A stretch of DNA of 64,000 nucleotides from an uncultured delta proteobacterium (GTDB lineage Bacteria; Desulfobacterota; Desulfomonilia; Desulfomonilales; Desulfomonilaceae). The first letter of the stretch is position 1. Every line of letters starts with the position of its first letter. Shown here piece by piece: positions 63,486-64,000 of this stretch. The stretch is from positions 1,280,001 to 1,344,000 of the forward strand of contig CAWBKB010000001.1 of assembly GCA_963789265.1 (NCBI GenBank), written 5' to 3'. A program made the position numbers and the translations under genes. Below the pieces are notes generated by a model. It was not told where the DNA came from. It did no database searches and was given only the letters and a program-made list of their open reading frames with translations.

Positions 63486-64000
63486 CTATTTCTTTCCTCC
63501 CTGACGAGACACATCCTGTAATCTGATATCCTGTTTGATCTCTACTACTCTGCCATCTTCGTAGGTGATGTTGGTTTCCATGTGGAGTTTTTCGACACCG
63601 GAATAGAGAGCATCTATGATATCTTTGTACCGATTCTCCACAAAGGCCCGGCGGATCTTCCTAGTTCGAGTCAATTCATCGTCGTCCGCGTCAAATTCTT
63701 TGTAGAGGTTGGCGAATCTCCCGATCTTGGCGGAATCGGGCAGGGTTCGGTTCACCTCTCTAATGGGTTGTTCCACCAGATCGTAAACCGCTGGGTCCTG
63801 TGAGAGTTCCGTATAGCTGGTATAGTTGATGCCGTTGTCCTCGGCCCACTTGCCAACAGTATTGTAGTCTATGCATAGGATTGCACTGACGTAGGGTCTC
63901 TTATGTCCTACGATCAGCGCATCTTTCAAGTACGGGCTGAATTTGAGGCGGGCCTCGAGGAACTGGGGGGAAAACTTTCTGCCGTCGCTCAAAATCATGA
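63486..64000 (-). CDS. Long-chain acyl-CoA synthetase, C-terminal part (runs off the right edge)
   Basis: G.KFSPQFLE.RLKFSPY.KDA, ELTRTRKIRR. Confidence 0.85.
   Translation of the reverse strand, partial: MILSDGRKFSPQFLEARLKFSPYLKDALIVGHKRPYVSAILCIDYNTVGKWAEDNGINYTSYTELSQDPAVYDLVEQPIREVNRTLPDSAKIGRFANLYKEFDADDDELTRTRKIRRAFVENRYKDIIDALYSGVEKLHMETNITYEDGRVVEIKQDIRLQDVSRQGGKK

Overview
Bacterial chromosomal segment, most consistent with an anaerobic Desulfobacterota (Desulfomonile/Syntrophobacterales-like; inferred from gene content). Housekeeping anchors (tRNA-Leu(CAA), LOG-family gene, mnmG, acylphosphatase, ligA) are interleaved with three accessory catabolic loci. (1) A ~15.6-kb co-directional minus-strand operon (10348-25964) under a PAS/sigma-54 activator. 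Its core resembles the anaerobic phloroglucinol pathway (SDR reductase, cyclase-family cyclohydrolase, 3-hydroxyacyl-CoA-DH-like enzyme, BKACE lyase, cupin). It is extended by a bicupin, an aromatic-acid MFS, an acetylene-hydratase-clade Mo/W enzyme, an ABC importer and a corrinoid/UroD-family methyltransferase pair. (2) A TetR-associated operon (29058-35536) with a strongly divergent two-subunit B12-dependent acyl-CoA mutase, an atypical crotonase, an SDR and a CoA ligase. (3) A MerR-TetR-controlled operon (40452-49239) with a Cys-less thiolase, a DUF35-crotonase fusion, acyl-CoA dehydrogenase, CoA ligase, amidohydrolase and a short Fe-S old yellow enzyme. Also present: intact and decayed toxin-antitoxin pairs, three Liv-type ABC systems, a Pro/Cys-rich exported protein, an NTT-HEAT-cNMP protein and nested REP/MITE-like palindromes. 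Seven single-base indels break five genes and are probably assembly errors. No CRISPR array, rRNA, integrase or transposase was seen. All family calls come from motif recognition by eye, not database searches.
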